64,000 nt of DNA from the NCBI RefSeq assembly GCF_902713615.1, contig NC_052165.1, positions 17,178,522 to 17,242,521 of the forward strand. The letters run 5' to 3'. Below the pieces are notes generated by a model. That model was given only the letters and a program-made list of their open reading frames with translations, made no database searches and had not been told where the DNA came from. Of this stretch, positions 24,375 through 36,342 are shown in pieces. This DNA comes from Scyliorhinus canicula. Lineage: Eukaryota. Both the position numbers and the translations under genes were made by a program. Numbering within the stretch: the stretch's first letter is position 1; every line of letters begins with the position of its first letter.

Positions 24375-25672
24375 CCCTTCTCATCCCATTTCTGAAAATT
24401 TCCATCCCACCTCCCTGGCTAAAATCTGTGGTTCCCCCGAATCGGCATTTCCCTTGACCCTGCCCCCAACCCGAAGTGTTGCCGAAACTGCCTCCAAATT
24501 CTCAATGAAGCTATTATTACCGGACTCCCCGAGTACTTCCCCGGGGCTATTGGGAGCGGCGCTGTTGCTAGTGCTTTCAATCCTGACCCCCTGCACAAAC
24601 TCTCCTCCATTCTGACCCACTGGGAAAGAACTCCTCTTACCCAGCTCCGCACCTTCTCCACATTTGCTGCCCAGTAATAATACATCAGGTTCGGAAGACC
24701 CAAACCCCCTGCCTGCCTTCCCCTCTGCAGTAGCACCTTTCTAACTCTGGCCACCTTCCCTCCCCACATGAACGACGTAATAACTCCCTCAATCTCTCTA
24801 AAAAAAGCCTTTGGGAGGAAAATCGGCATACATTGAAAAATAAACCGAAATCGTGGCAACACGTTCATTTTAACCGCCTGGACCCGACCCGCCAATGACA
24901 GAGGGAGACCATGCCACCTTGCCAGATCCGCTTTTGTGAATGTGTCTCTAATTCACTTGTCTCTCAGTCTGGAAGAAACGGTCTCGAACACGTTCGTACT
25001 TTAGAATATTCTTTATTGGGCAGCCCTCTAGGTATTCCAAAGAAACACCTCTGAGTGTGCCAAAGTTTTGCCCAAAGCATCCTATCTTTATATATTTTTT
25101 TAAGGGGCTGTCCCTTACATTCACTTGAGCTTGCCTCCAGTACAGATTACAGCTTGTTTTTACCAAATGTTTAGTACATGATTAATTTGTTATTGTCATA
25201 TTTTCAATACATAATTTTACAGACATTGAGGTTATCTATTGGCACATGAGCATATAGTAATTTTAGCAAAACACCAGGTGTCCAGCCATGATTTATCAAT
25301 GGCTCTTACATTTCATATTCCGTCATCCAGCCATCTTCCTTGTTTCTCAAGGCTATTTGGCTTACAGTCATGAATCGGCTCACGAATTCAATAATAACTC
25401 CCTCCTTAGTAACTTTCCACTAATGTGTCCCATTTATTCTGGATGGTTCTAGCTATTAACCCTTGCTTCACATTCTCACTTTCACTCTCCTCACCAAACT
25501 AGAAATGTTGTACCTGCGGAGCCACACCCCCCCCCCCCCCCAAAACTCCTGGGCAACCTGCACCCCCAAGTACCTAAAGTGAGTCCCTGCCCTACGGAAT
25601 GGCAGCACCCCCCCCCCCCCCCCCCCCCCCCCAACCCGGCCGAGATACCACAAAGTACTCACTCTTGTCCTC
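24375..25672 (-). mobile_element. L1/Tx1-like ORF2 fragment interrupted by a solo LTR
   Basis: ORF 24419-24895 (LAGRVQAVKMNVLPRF) and 25468-25662 (FRYLGVQ) are contiguous once 24935-25478 plus one TSD copy is removed. Confidence 0.8.
24935..25478 (-). mobile_element. Solo LTR, 544 bp
   Basis: TG...CA ends with a 9/10 inverted repeat (TGTGAATGTG / CACATTCTCA); 4-bp TSD CTTT at 24931-24934 and 25479-25482; minus-strand TATATAAA (25087-25094) followed by AATAAA (25012-25017). Confidence 0.8.
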
Positions 25673-25767
25673 CCTCTGTCTCAGTGTAGCTTCTGCCCTT
25701 CAAGAGGCTCAATGGACATGATCTTCAGCATGCAACAAAAACCGTGCCTGTGTCTGTGTGCATATTT

Positions 25768-28197
25768 TTTTTGGTACTACCCGGTACTACCCGCCATATT
25801 TTCCCTCCTACTCTACCCCCCCCCACCCCCCTGCTGACGCTCACTCTCCCGCAAAGAAGTCAATAAATGGTTGCCACCTCCGGGCGAACCCCTGCACAGA
25901 TCCCCTCAAGGCGAACTTAATTTTTTCCATCCCCAGGAAACTCGACATGTCCGCAAGCCACCACTCAGTCTTCGGGGGCTTTGAGTCCCTCCACGCCAAT
26001 AATATTCGTCGCCGGGCTATCAGGGAAGCAAAGGCCAAAACATCGGCCTCTTTCTCCCCCTGGACGCCCGGGTCTTCCGAAACCCCAAAAATTGCCACCC
26101 CTGGACTCATCACCACCCTTGTTTTTAGCACCTGGGACATGGCCCCTGCAAATCCCTCCCAGTACCCCCTCAGCTTAGGGCATGCCCAAAACATGTGAAC
26201 ATGGTTCGCTGGTCCTCCCGCGCACCTAGCGCATTTGTCCTCTATCCTGAAAAATTTGCTCATCCGAGCCACCGTCATATGGGCCCGGTGAACGACCTTA
26301 AATTGGATCAGCCCGAGCCTAGCACATGTCGTGGTCGAATTTACCCGACTCAGGGCCTCTGCCCACAGCCCATCCTCCATTTCCCTGCCTAGCTCCTCCT
26401 CCCATTTAAGTTTCAGTTCCTCTGTCTGGGACCCTCCCTCCCTCATGAGCACCTTATATATACCCGAGACTCTGCCCTCCCCTTCTTCCCTCCTAGAGAC
26501 TATTCTGTCGAAGATCCCCATTGGCGGGAGGCATGGGAAAGATGGGACCTGTCTACGAACAAAGTCCCGCAACTGTAGGTATCTAAAATCATTTCCCCAT
26601 ACCAACTCAAATTTCTCCTCCAAGCTCCTCAAACTCGCGAAGCTCCCTTCCAGGAACATATCACCCACCATTCCCGCCCCCGCTCACCGCCATACTCGGA
26701 ACCCCCCATCCATACTGCCGGGGGCAAACCGATGGTTGTCGCAGATTGGCGCCCAGACAGACGCCCCCATCTCCCCCACATGCCTCCTCCACTGCCCCAT
26801 ATCCGCAGGGTCGCCATCACTACCGGGCTGGTGGTGTACTTGGCCGGCGGCAGCGGTAGAGGAGCCGTGACCAGGGCTTCCAAGCTGGAGCCCCTGCACG
26901 AAGTCGCCTCCACCCGCTCCCAAATAGACCCCGTACCCACCATCCACTTCCTTATCGTAGCGATGTTGGCCGCCCAGTAATAATTGATCAGACTCGGCAA
27001 AGCCAGCCCTCCCTCGCTGCGGTTCCTCTCCAACATCGCCTTCTTCACCCGCGGGGATTTTCCCGCCCAGACAAAGCTCATGATCAGCCCGTTAACTCTT
27101 TTGAAGAAGGACTGTGGGATAAAGATCGGGAGGCACTGAAAAATAAACAAAAATCGAGGGAGGATTGTCATCTTTACAGTCTGCACCCTCCCTGCCAGCG
27201 ACAGCGGGGGTGCATCCCATCTCCGAAACTCTCCCTTCATTTGCTCCACCACCCTGGCCAAATTTAACTTATGCAGCCTGCCCCAGTCTCGTGCCACCTG
27301 GATTCCCAAATACCGGAAATTTTCCTCAACCAGCCTAAACGGTAGCCCTCTCAATCTGTTCTCCTGGCCCCTTGCCTAGACCACAAACATTTCACTCTTG
27401 ACCGTATTTAATTTGTATCCTGAGAACTGGCCGAACTTCCTCAGCATTCCCAGTATAGTTCCCATCCCGGCCACTGGGTCCGACACGTACAGGAGCAGGT
27501 CGTCTGCATAAAGAGAAACCATGTGTTCAACCCCGCCCCTCACCATCCCCTTCCAACCCTCTGCGGCTCTCAGCGCAATCGCCAGCGGCTCTATGGCCAG
27601 CGCAAACAGCAGCAGGGAGAGCGGGCAGCCCTGTCTGGTCCCTCGGTACAACCTAAAGTACTCCGACACTTCTCTGTTGGTCCTGACGCTGGCCCTCGGG
27701 GCCTGATATAATAATTTGATCCAATCCACCAATCCCTCCCCGAACCCAAACCGTCCGAGCACCTCCCATAGATAGTCCCACTCCACCCGGTCAAAGGCCT
27801 TCTCGGCGTCCATTGCCACCACTACCTCCACCTCCCTACCCGCCGGGGGCATCATTATCACATTGAGTAATCTCCTCAGATTGGCCGCCAGCTGCCTACC
27901 TTTCACGAACCCAGTTTGATCCCACCCAATCACCTCCGGTACACAGTCCTCCATTCTACCCGCCAGTACCTTTGCCAGGAGCTTGGCGTCTACATTAATC
28001 AGGGAGATTGGCCTGTAGGACCCGCACGCCTCCGGGTCTTTACCCCGCTTCAATATCAGAGATATGGTGGCTTGTGACATTGTAGGCGGCAGGGTCCCTC
28101 TGTCCCTTGCCTCATTGAAAACCCTCGCCAAGACCGGGCCCACCAGCTCAGAGAACTTCCTATAAAACTCTACAGAGAACTTCGTATAAAACTCTAC
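25768..28197 (-). mobile_element. 5'-truncated L1/Tx1-like LINE, 2.4 kb, with reverse transcriptase
   Basis: ORFs 27376-28209 (YRPISL, QGCPLS, LYADD), 26629-27354 and 25841-26671; 16-bp TSD GTCTGTGTGCATATTT at 25752-25767 and 28198-28213. Confidence 0.92.
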
Positions 28198-28213
28198 GTC
28201 TGTGTGCATATTT

Positions 28214-28431
28214 ACGTGGCCGAGCTACAAACCAGTGTCGACGCATTAACCAAGGCATATGAGAGAATGGGCCTCAGATAAACATCCAGAAACCAAAGGT
28301 TCTATACCAATCCACTTCTACCACACAAAACTGCCCCTGGCCATCAAGATCCTCGGTGAGCCCTTGGATAATGTGGATCATTTCCCACACCTCGGGATCC
28401 TTCCCTTGATGCGAGCAGACGTTGATGACAA
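28214..28431 (+). mobile_element. Decayed RTE-clade LINE fragment (continues from about 25710-25767)
   Basis: Broken frames read ELQTSVDALTKAYERMGL...KTKVLYQ...IKILGEPLDNVDHFPHLG, typical of RTE RT. Confidence 0.6.
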
Positions 28432-30468
28432 GCAGGATAAATATGGCAAATTCTGCAATCCTTGGATAACGAGGGATATTGTAGACCTTGTCAAAAAGAA
28501 AAAGGAGGCATTTGTCTGGGCTAGAAGGCTGGGAGCAGACAAAGCCTGTGTAGAATATAAGGAAAGTAGGAAGGAACTTAACCAAGGAGTCAGGAGGGCT
28601 AAAAGGGTCACGAAAAGTCATTGGCAAATAGGGTTATGGAAAATCCCACGGCTTTTTACCCATACATAAAAAGCAAGAGGGTAGCCAGGGAAAGGGTTAG
28701 CCCACTGAAAGACAGGGGAGGGAATCTATGTGTGGAGCCAGAGGAAATGGGCGAGGTACTAAATGAATACTTTACATCAGTATTCACCAAAGAGAAAGAA
28801 TTGGTGGATGTTGAGTCAGGAGAAGGGTGTGTAGATAGCCTGGGTCACATTGAGATCCAAAAAGATGAGGTGTTGGGCGTCTTGAAAAATATTAAGGTGG
28901 ATAAGTCCCCAGGGCCTGATGGGACCTACCCCAGAATACTGAAGGAGGCAAGAGAGAAAATTGCTGAGGCCTTGACAGAAATCTTTGCATCCTCACTGTC
29001 TTCAGGTGATGCCCTGGAGGACTGGAGAATAGCCAATGTTGTTCCTTTATTTAAGAAGGGTAGCAAGGATAATCCAGGGAACTACAGGCCGGTGAGCCAG
29101 TGGTAGGGAAATTACTGGAGAGAATTCTTCGAGACAGGATCTACTCCCATTTGGAAGCAAATGGACATAATAGCGAGAGGCAGCATGGTTTTGTGAAGGG
29201 GAGGTCGTGTCTCAATAACTTGATAGAGTTTTTCGAAGAGGTCACAAAGATGATTGATGCAGGTAGGGCAGTGGGTGTTATCTATATGGACATCAGTAAG
29301 GCCTTTGACAAGGCCCTTCATGGTAGACTGGTACAAAAGGTGAAGTCACACAGAATCAGGGGTGAGCTGGCAAGATGGATACAGAACTGGCTAGGTCATA
29401 GAAGGCAGAGAGTAGCAATGGAAGGGTGGTTTTCTAATTGGAGGGCTGTTACTAATGGTGTTCCGCAGGGATCAGTGCTGGGACCTTTGCTGTTCGTAGT
29501 ATATATAAATGATTTGGAGGAAAATGTAACTGGTCTGATTAGTAAGTTTGCAGTAGACACAAAGGTTGGTGGAATTGCGGATAGTGATGAGGACTGTCAG
29601 AGGATACAGCTGGATCTAGATCGCTTGGAGTCTTGGGCGGAGATATGGCAGATGGAGTTTAATCCGGACAAATGTGAGGTAATGCATTGTGGAAGGTCTA
29701 ATGCAGATAGGAAATATACAGTGAATGGTAGAACCCTCAAGAGTATTGAAAGTCAAAGAGATCTAGGTGTACAGGTCCACAGGTCACTGAAAGGGGCAAC
29801 ACAGGTGGAGAAGGTAGTCAAGAAGGCATACGGCATGCTTGCCTTCATTAGCCGGGGCATTGAGTATAAGAATTGGCAAGTCTTGTTGCAGCTGTATAGA
29901 ACCTTAGTTAGGCCACACTTGGAGTATAGTGTTCAATTCTGGTCGCCACACTACCAGAAGGATGTGAAGGCTTTAGCTAGGGTGCAGAAGAGATTTACCA
30001 GGATGTTGCCTGGTATGGAGGGCATTAGCTATGAGGGGCAGTTGAATAAACTCGGTTTGTTCTCACTGGAACGACGGAGGTTGAGGGGCGACCTGATAGA
30101 GGTGTACAAAATTATGAGGGGCATAGACAGAGTAGATAGTCAGAGGCTTTTTCCCAGGGTAGAGGGGTCAATTACTAGGGGACATAGGTTTAAGATGCGA
30201 AGGGCAAGGTTTAGAGGAGATGTACGAGGCAAGGTTTTTTTTACACAGAGGGCAGTGGGTGCCTGGAACTCGCTGCTGGAGGAGGTGGTGGAAGCAGGGA
30301 CGATAGTGACATTTTAGGGGCATCTTGACAAATACATGAATAGGATGTGAATAGAGGGATACGGACCCAGGAAATGTAGAAGGTTCAGCGGCGTGCAGAG
30401 GGGGGGGCCGACGGTGCGCTGGCCCCGGGCAGCCATTGGATGGGGGCAGTGGCGTGCAGAGCATGGAT

Positions 30469-30629
30469 CGCGCCTGCGCACCGCGGTCGGCCGGAGCGAG
30501 CCTGCGCACCGCGGTCGGCCGGAGCGCGCCTGCGCACCGTGGTCGGCCGGAGCGCGCCTACGCACCGCGGTCGGCCGGAGCGGGCCTGCGCACCGCGGTC
30601 GGCCGGAGCGAGCCTGCGCACCGCAGTCG
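30469..30629 (+). repeat. 28-bp CpG-rich tandem repeat inside the left end of the hAT element
   Basis: Unit CGCCTGCGCACCGCGGTCGGCCGGAGCG, about 5.6 copies. Confidence 0.9.
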
Positions 30630-30716
30630 CCGCTGGTGAAGAGGCGGCTTTGCACTCGGCGGCTGGAGAGGGAACAGAAAGGGCGCGAATTCTCCAGAAT
30701 CGACGGCAATGCCACC

Positions 30717-33700
30717 ATGGGTGAGTTTTATTTATTCTTTATCTTTATCTTTTGATCTATTTTAAAACTCTTCTCTGCACCCTCTCTGTAGCTGTCAACT
30801 TACTAAACTGTCGTGCCCAGAATTTGACATTTGGGCCAGGGGCACCCATTTGGGACAGAACCAGTATTTTATAAAGATTCATCATGGCCTCTTAACTTTT
30901 GCCCTCTTACCCTTTATACTTAAAGCCCAGGGTCCTATAAATGGGAGATTCTCAGAGACTTGACTGCAAGCTGCTGGAGCTCGGATCTTGAACAGAACTT
31001 TAATATCTGGATTTGGGGACCCTTTATGCAGTGGCATAGTGCAAAAACAGGCCCCACATGACCAGGGTTTTGTGAAGAAGAAGGGATCTGGAAATGTGTT
31101 GACTGTGAAAATTATATTTGTGGAAATTGGGTGAAGTAATGCCGGTGTTTGATGAGACTTGGTGCTAAAGCTTTAGAGAAATTAAGATGGAATTTGATTT
31201 GAAGAAGTTCAACGTTTTGAAGGATATTGTGGCTGAAATGAAAGCGATACGTGCTGAATGAGCTGACCGAAATGTGTGAGATATGTCTTTGTATCTGCTA
31301 TGTGTAATTTATCGGTCATATTATTGCAATTTTCCTGTTAATTCATGTTTAATTTACGTTGATTTTGGTGTGATTGCTAATATAAAAGTGAAGTCTTGTA
31401 TATTGGTCTTAGTTGGGTTGTTTGTAGTTGTTTCCACAAGGGTCATAACAGTATTTCCATGACGTTGCTGCTCTTATCCTTCTCCATGGGGGTTGCAGAG
31501 GAGGGAGGCACAACTTTTGAGACATAACATCTCACCCATTGCTGCAAAGCAAAATGACTGAAGAAGAGAACAATATCCCTAGAATCCCAGCGCTAAGGGG
31601 AAATTGACTAACTTACAGCGCAATTTAACCTCAGGCAGCCGTCCTATACCTTAGAGATGGCAAAGATAAAGAGGTCAGTGAATAGCTCTAGAACGGGTGC
31701 AACTACGTTTTTAATAGGTTTTTTGGTGATATTTAATGAAATATTTACGTGGGATGTAGTAAGAGTGAAGCCTGGATGATCAGAGGACTGCTATGGCATT
31801 TAATCTCGGAATAGGAGACATTTATTTCTTAACATGCTAATATTCAAATACAGATACCACTAATTTGCAAGTCTATGATATAAATTGCACAAAATTATCA
31901 GTGGAGAATCAGTGTGAAATAATTTGATACGAAGGAACAAAGAAATGACATATGGTTTATCCGTCTGCAACTGACCGATTGTTTACCATTTTCTTCCCAT
32001 TTTTTTGAGATAGAAAATGAAATGTTAAGAGCATTTTGTGTACAACCGAGTGGAGCACAGAACAGGAAAAAAAAGAGGGCCAGAGTCGAAGAAGAGTCCC
32101 ATCAAAGAGGGGCATTAGATGCATGGATAAAAAGAAGTAAAGAAGAAGTAGGAGAACCTGGAGAAGTAAAAGATGATGTGGGTGCAGAGAAGGATTTTTC
32201 TGCTACGGATTCAGCTATGTCAGAACATAATACTCTCTCTCCTCAGTCTCGTTGTCAGGATGATGATCCATGTGAAGAAAATAAAGAAGATTTTAGCATA
32301 TTTTTGCAAAGAAGCGATTTTGGCTGTTTGAATAAACCGATTCCAGATCATTTGAAGATGACAATATTACAACATGGCCCTGAAAGATATCAGAATAAAA
32401 GTGGTCCATTTGCTGAGAAGGATGGGAGATCATTTTCCAAACAGTGGTTTGATAAAGTTTCCACAAACGGAGAAATTGTGTGGAGAGAAAATGGTTGTTA
32501 TACTCTCCATATCGGAAAGCAGGCTACTGTTTTGTTTGCTTTTTGTTTTCAAAGGAGCATTTGGCGTCTGTGTCAAACTTTGGAAAGGAAGACGGTTTCT
32601 CCACTTGGAGAAAATTAAATCCAAGAATACCTGACCATGAGAAAAGCCCTTCTCATAGAGCTCACATGAGGGAATACCTGAACCTCGTAGTTCGACTCCA
32701 TCATTCAACTACGAAAGATGCTGAACTTCAACAGCAAATGTCTGCTGAAAAGAAAAGATGGAAAGCTATAACTGAACGGATTGTCGAGGTTATATCCTTT
32801 CTGGCAAAACAGAATCTGGCCTATCGTGGACATCGAGGAGAAGGAATATCTGGGTTATCAGAGCCAGGGGAGACAGTCAGTGAAAATACAGGAAACTTTC
32901 TAGCAACAATCAGACTTTTGGCCAAATATGATGACATCTTAGCAAAACACTTGCAGAGAGGGAAAGAGAAACCAAAAAGTGTCACCTACTTGCCCAACAG
33001 AATTCAAAACAAAATAATCAATCTTCTTGGTGAAACTGTCAAGAAAAATATAATTTTCGAAATTATGGACGCAAAATATTTTAGCATAATGCTGGATTCA
33101 ACTCCAGATATTGCCCATGAAGATCAGGTTTCTGAAATTCTGCGTTACGTTCATATTGATGAAAACAGAAAAGTAGAAATAAAGGAGACATTTCTGGGAT
33201 TTTTTCAAGTCAACAAGAAAGATGCAGTCAGCCTGGTAAATAAAATTCAGGAAAAATTGGAAGAAGACAAAATTTCCATGAATGACTGTCGTGGTCAAGC
33301 ATATGATAACGCAGCAGTTATGGCTGGAGTGAGAGGAGGTGTTCAACAAAAAATTCTTGAAGTTAACCCAAAAGCTGTGTTTGTGAACTGCGAGAACCAC
33401 AGCCTCAATTTGGCCTGTGTCCATGCAAGTGAGGTGCAACCTGTTGTTGTTACATTTTTTGGCATTCTAGAAAAACTCTTTACTTTTTTTTCTTCATCTA
33501 CTTCTCGTTGGGAAGTGTTAAAATCATTTGTCACTCGGACTGTGAAAAGACAGTGTGACACAAGATGGAGTTCCAGCCATGATGCTGTGCAAGTAATCCA
33601 CGAAGAGTGTGACAACGTTATTGCAAGCCTTCAACACCTGCTGGAAGGAGAATTTTCAAGGGAAACTAAATCTGATGCAGGATCGCTACTTAACTCTATT

Positions 33701-34546
33701 CAACAGTTCCCGTTTATAGCTTTATTAAATTTTTGGTACTCAGTTTTATCATCAGTGGAGAAAGTCTCAAAACGTTTGCAGGATCCGAAAATGGGGTTCC
33801 ATGAAGCTTCTTGTGATCTGAGAGGACTTATTCATATCTTGAATTTGAAGAATGACGAAATTATCCACAATGCAATAGATTTAGCCAATGAATATTGTGA
33901 AAATTGGGGAATACCAATTGCACGAACAAGAAGAATAATGCCTGGAGAGTCAGCAAGAGATAGTGGACTGACGGCACAAGAAGAAATGAATAGAGTAATG
34001 GTAGAGATTGTGAACAGATTAAAAACTGAAATTGAAGACCGCAGTGTCCGTCTTCAAAGACTCAGTGACCGATTTTCTTTTCTTCTGAACTTGAATTCAG
34101 TAATGATTGAAGATGAACAAGAAAGAGAGAAATTAAAAAAGGAATGTTCAGACTTTGCAAATTATTATGACAATGATGTGGTTGCAATTCAGTTATATGA
34201 TGAAATTATTGATTTTGTGATGCTCCTTCGAGCTGGAGGGAATAGAGTTCCCCCTGATCCTAAAGATGCTCTGGAGTCTTTACTGCAGTATGGGAGGGAT
34301 GTCTTTCCGACGCTGTGTGTTTCATACAGATTACTGCTTACAATCGCATTTTCAGTCGCAAGCTGTGAAAGGTCATTTTCAAAACTGAAATTAATAAAAA
34401 CATATCTGAGGTCTTCTATGTCACAGGAGCGACTGACCAACCTGGCTTTAATAAGCATTGAAAAAGAATTTCTCACAGCTGATGTAAAAAGTGAAGTAGT
34501 TTAGGTGTTTTGTGACAGGAGGTATCATTTGGGGAAAAGAACTTAA
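30717..34546 (+). pseudogene. hAT transposase gene, spliced, with a 2-bp frameshift and a probable premature stop
   Basis: ATG-G micro-exon 30717-30720 joins exon 2 at 32014. ORFs 32022-32480 and 32483-34504 join if the duplicated TG (32481-32482) is removed. Motifs: TTF-type zinc finger (YCFVC...HEKSPSH), LDSTPD, YDNA, CENH, TRW, CERSFS, hAT dimerisation RLTNLALISIE. Confidence 0.88.
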
Positions 34547-34624
34547 TAAATTTGATTGATTTATATTAAAATCGAATAAAGCGTTTATTTCATGTTTCAT
34601 CTGTGTTTATATATTCAAAATGTT

Positions 34625-35700
34625 ATCAGCAAATTGAGGGACCTGTTTATTGGCGGGAGGTTTGCGGGCCTGGGGGAACTGGAAGATAAATTTGGCCTTC
34701 CCCAAGGGAACATGTTCAGATAGTTGCAGGTAAAGGCGTTTGCTAGGCGACAGGTAGAGGGATTCCCTATGCTGCCCTCGCGGGGGACGACGGACAGAGT
34801 GCTTTCGGGGGTGTGGGTCGGAGAGGGGAAGGTGTCTGACATCTATAAGGTAATGCAGGAGGTGGAGGATGCGTCAGTGGAGGAGCTGAAGGCTAAATGG
34901 GAGGAGGAACTCGGGGAGCAGATAGAGGATGGGACTTTGGTGGATGCCTTGGAGAGAGTCAACTCTTCCTCCTCATGTGCGAGGCTTAGCCTCATCCAAT
35001 TTAAGGTGCTGCACCGGGCCCACATGTCCGGGACTAGGATGAGTAGGTTCTTTGGGGGTGAGGACAGGTGCACCAGATGTTCGGGGAGTCCAGCGAACCA
35101 CGCCCATATGTTCTGGGCATGCCCAGCACTGGAAGAATTCTGGAAGGGGGTGGCGGGGACGGTGTCGAGGGTGGTTGGATCCAGGGTCAAACCAGGGTGG
35201 GGACTCGCGATTTTTGGAGTTGCGGTAGAGCCGGGAGTGCAGGAGGCGAAAGAGGCCGGTGTCCTGGCCTTTGCGTCCCTAGTAGCCCGACGAAGGATTC
35301 TGCTACAGTGGAAGGATGCAAGGCCCCCAAGTGTGGAGACCTGGATCAGTGACATGGCGGGATTTATAAAATTGGAAAGGGTCATATTTGCCCTGAGAGG
35401 ATCAATACAAGGGTTCTATAAACGATGGCAGCCTTTTCTGGACTTCCTGGCTCAAAGATAGGTATCTTGGTCAATAGCAGCAGCAACCCCGGGCGAGGGG
35501 TGTTCCATGTTGCATGTTGTAGGGTCTATTCTGTAACTTTATATTGTGTTAATTTGCGTTGTTGTTAAAATGCTGTGTTGTTCATGGAGGTGGGGTGAAT
35601 GTTTATGATTGTTAATATTATTGTTATTTTTGGTATTTTACTATGGTGCGTTATTGTTGTATAAATTCAAAATTTTTCAATAAAAATTATTTTAAAAAGA
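34625..35700 (+). mobile_element. 5'-truncated L1/Tx1-like LINE nested in the hAT element
   Basis: ORF 34724-35461 is an ORF2 C-terminus (C-x2-C...HMFWACP); A-rich tail; 14-bp TSD ATATTCAAAATGTT at 34611-34624 and 35701-35714. Confidence 0.9.
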
Positions 35701-36150
35701 ATATTCAAAATGTTTTCCTTTCTCATAATATTTCTCAGTATATTAGGCCTTATACTTGAGTCTTTGGGGCATACAATCAAGATTTGCCCCGGGCATCACC
35801 AGACCTCTGCACGCCACTGAGAAGGTTTTAGTTTAGACGGGCAGCATAGTCGGCACAGGCTTGGAGAGCCGAAGGGTCTGTTCCTGTGCTGTACATTTCT
35901 TTGTTCATTTGACTACACCTTCAAAATCACCTCTGCTTGGACTCTGGGCAATTTACAAAAACTGAATCTGTGCTGACTTAGCCTGGCTATATTTGGTATC
36001 TAGAGGAAAGTATTATTATAAATATCGAGACACGGATTTACCAAATTTTAACAATAGAATGCATATTGATTCTTTGCAATGATGAAGTCTCTGTAAGTGC
36101 CATTGCTTTGGGAAGATGGAGTTCAATCAGTGATGAAGGCTGTCTTGCGC

Positions 36151-36342
36151 TGGGTGGAGGACTGGGAGGTCGGCTCAGCTCCTCCGCGTTCCCACAATGC
36201 TCTGGTGCTCCAACGTTGGGAGGAGGACTGGGAGGTCGGCTCAGCCCCTCTGCGTTCCCACAATGCTCTGGTGCTCCAACGTTGGGAGGAGGACTGGGAG
36301 GTCGGCTCAGCCCCTCTGCGTTCCCACAATGCTCTGGTGCTC
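36151..36342 (+). repeat. 66-bp tandem repeat, about 3 copies
   Basis: Copies start at 36151, 36217 and 36283. Confidence 0.92.

Larger units (their letters stand above)
30386..35819 (+). mobile_element. Full-length hAT-superfamily DNA transposon (ZMYM1/Tip100-like transposase)
   Basis: 16-bp TIRs at 30386-30401 (CAGCGGCGTGCAGAGG) and 35804-35819 (CCTCTGCACGCCACTG), one mismatch; 8-bp TSD AGAAGGTT at 30378-30385 and 35820-35827; subterminal GCCCCGGGCA at both ends; splits a CR1 3' end. Confidence 0.93.
28432..35911 (+). mobile_element. 5'-truncated CR1-clade LINE (28432-30385 plus 35828-35911), split by the hAT element
   Basis: RT pieces 28621-29106 and 29100-30317 (KSPGPDG, GVPQGSVLGP, catalytic motif mutated to FAVD); the CR1-type tail resumes after the right TSD. 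Confidence 0.9.

Noticed and set aside
30809-31450. Possible solo LTR (TGTCGTG...CATAACA) in the hAT intron
   Set aside because: No matching TSD and only weak terminal symmetry.
32022-34504. Host gene ZMYM1 or a similar domesticated gene
   Set aside because: No MYM fingers; bounded by TIRs and a TSD inside a CR1 and frameshifted, so it is a transposon copy.
36151-36342. CRISPR-like array
   Set aside because: Head-to-tail units without unique spacers in a eukaryotic locus; the same holds for the other arrays.
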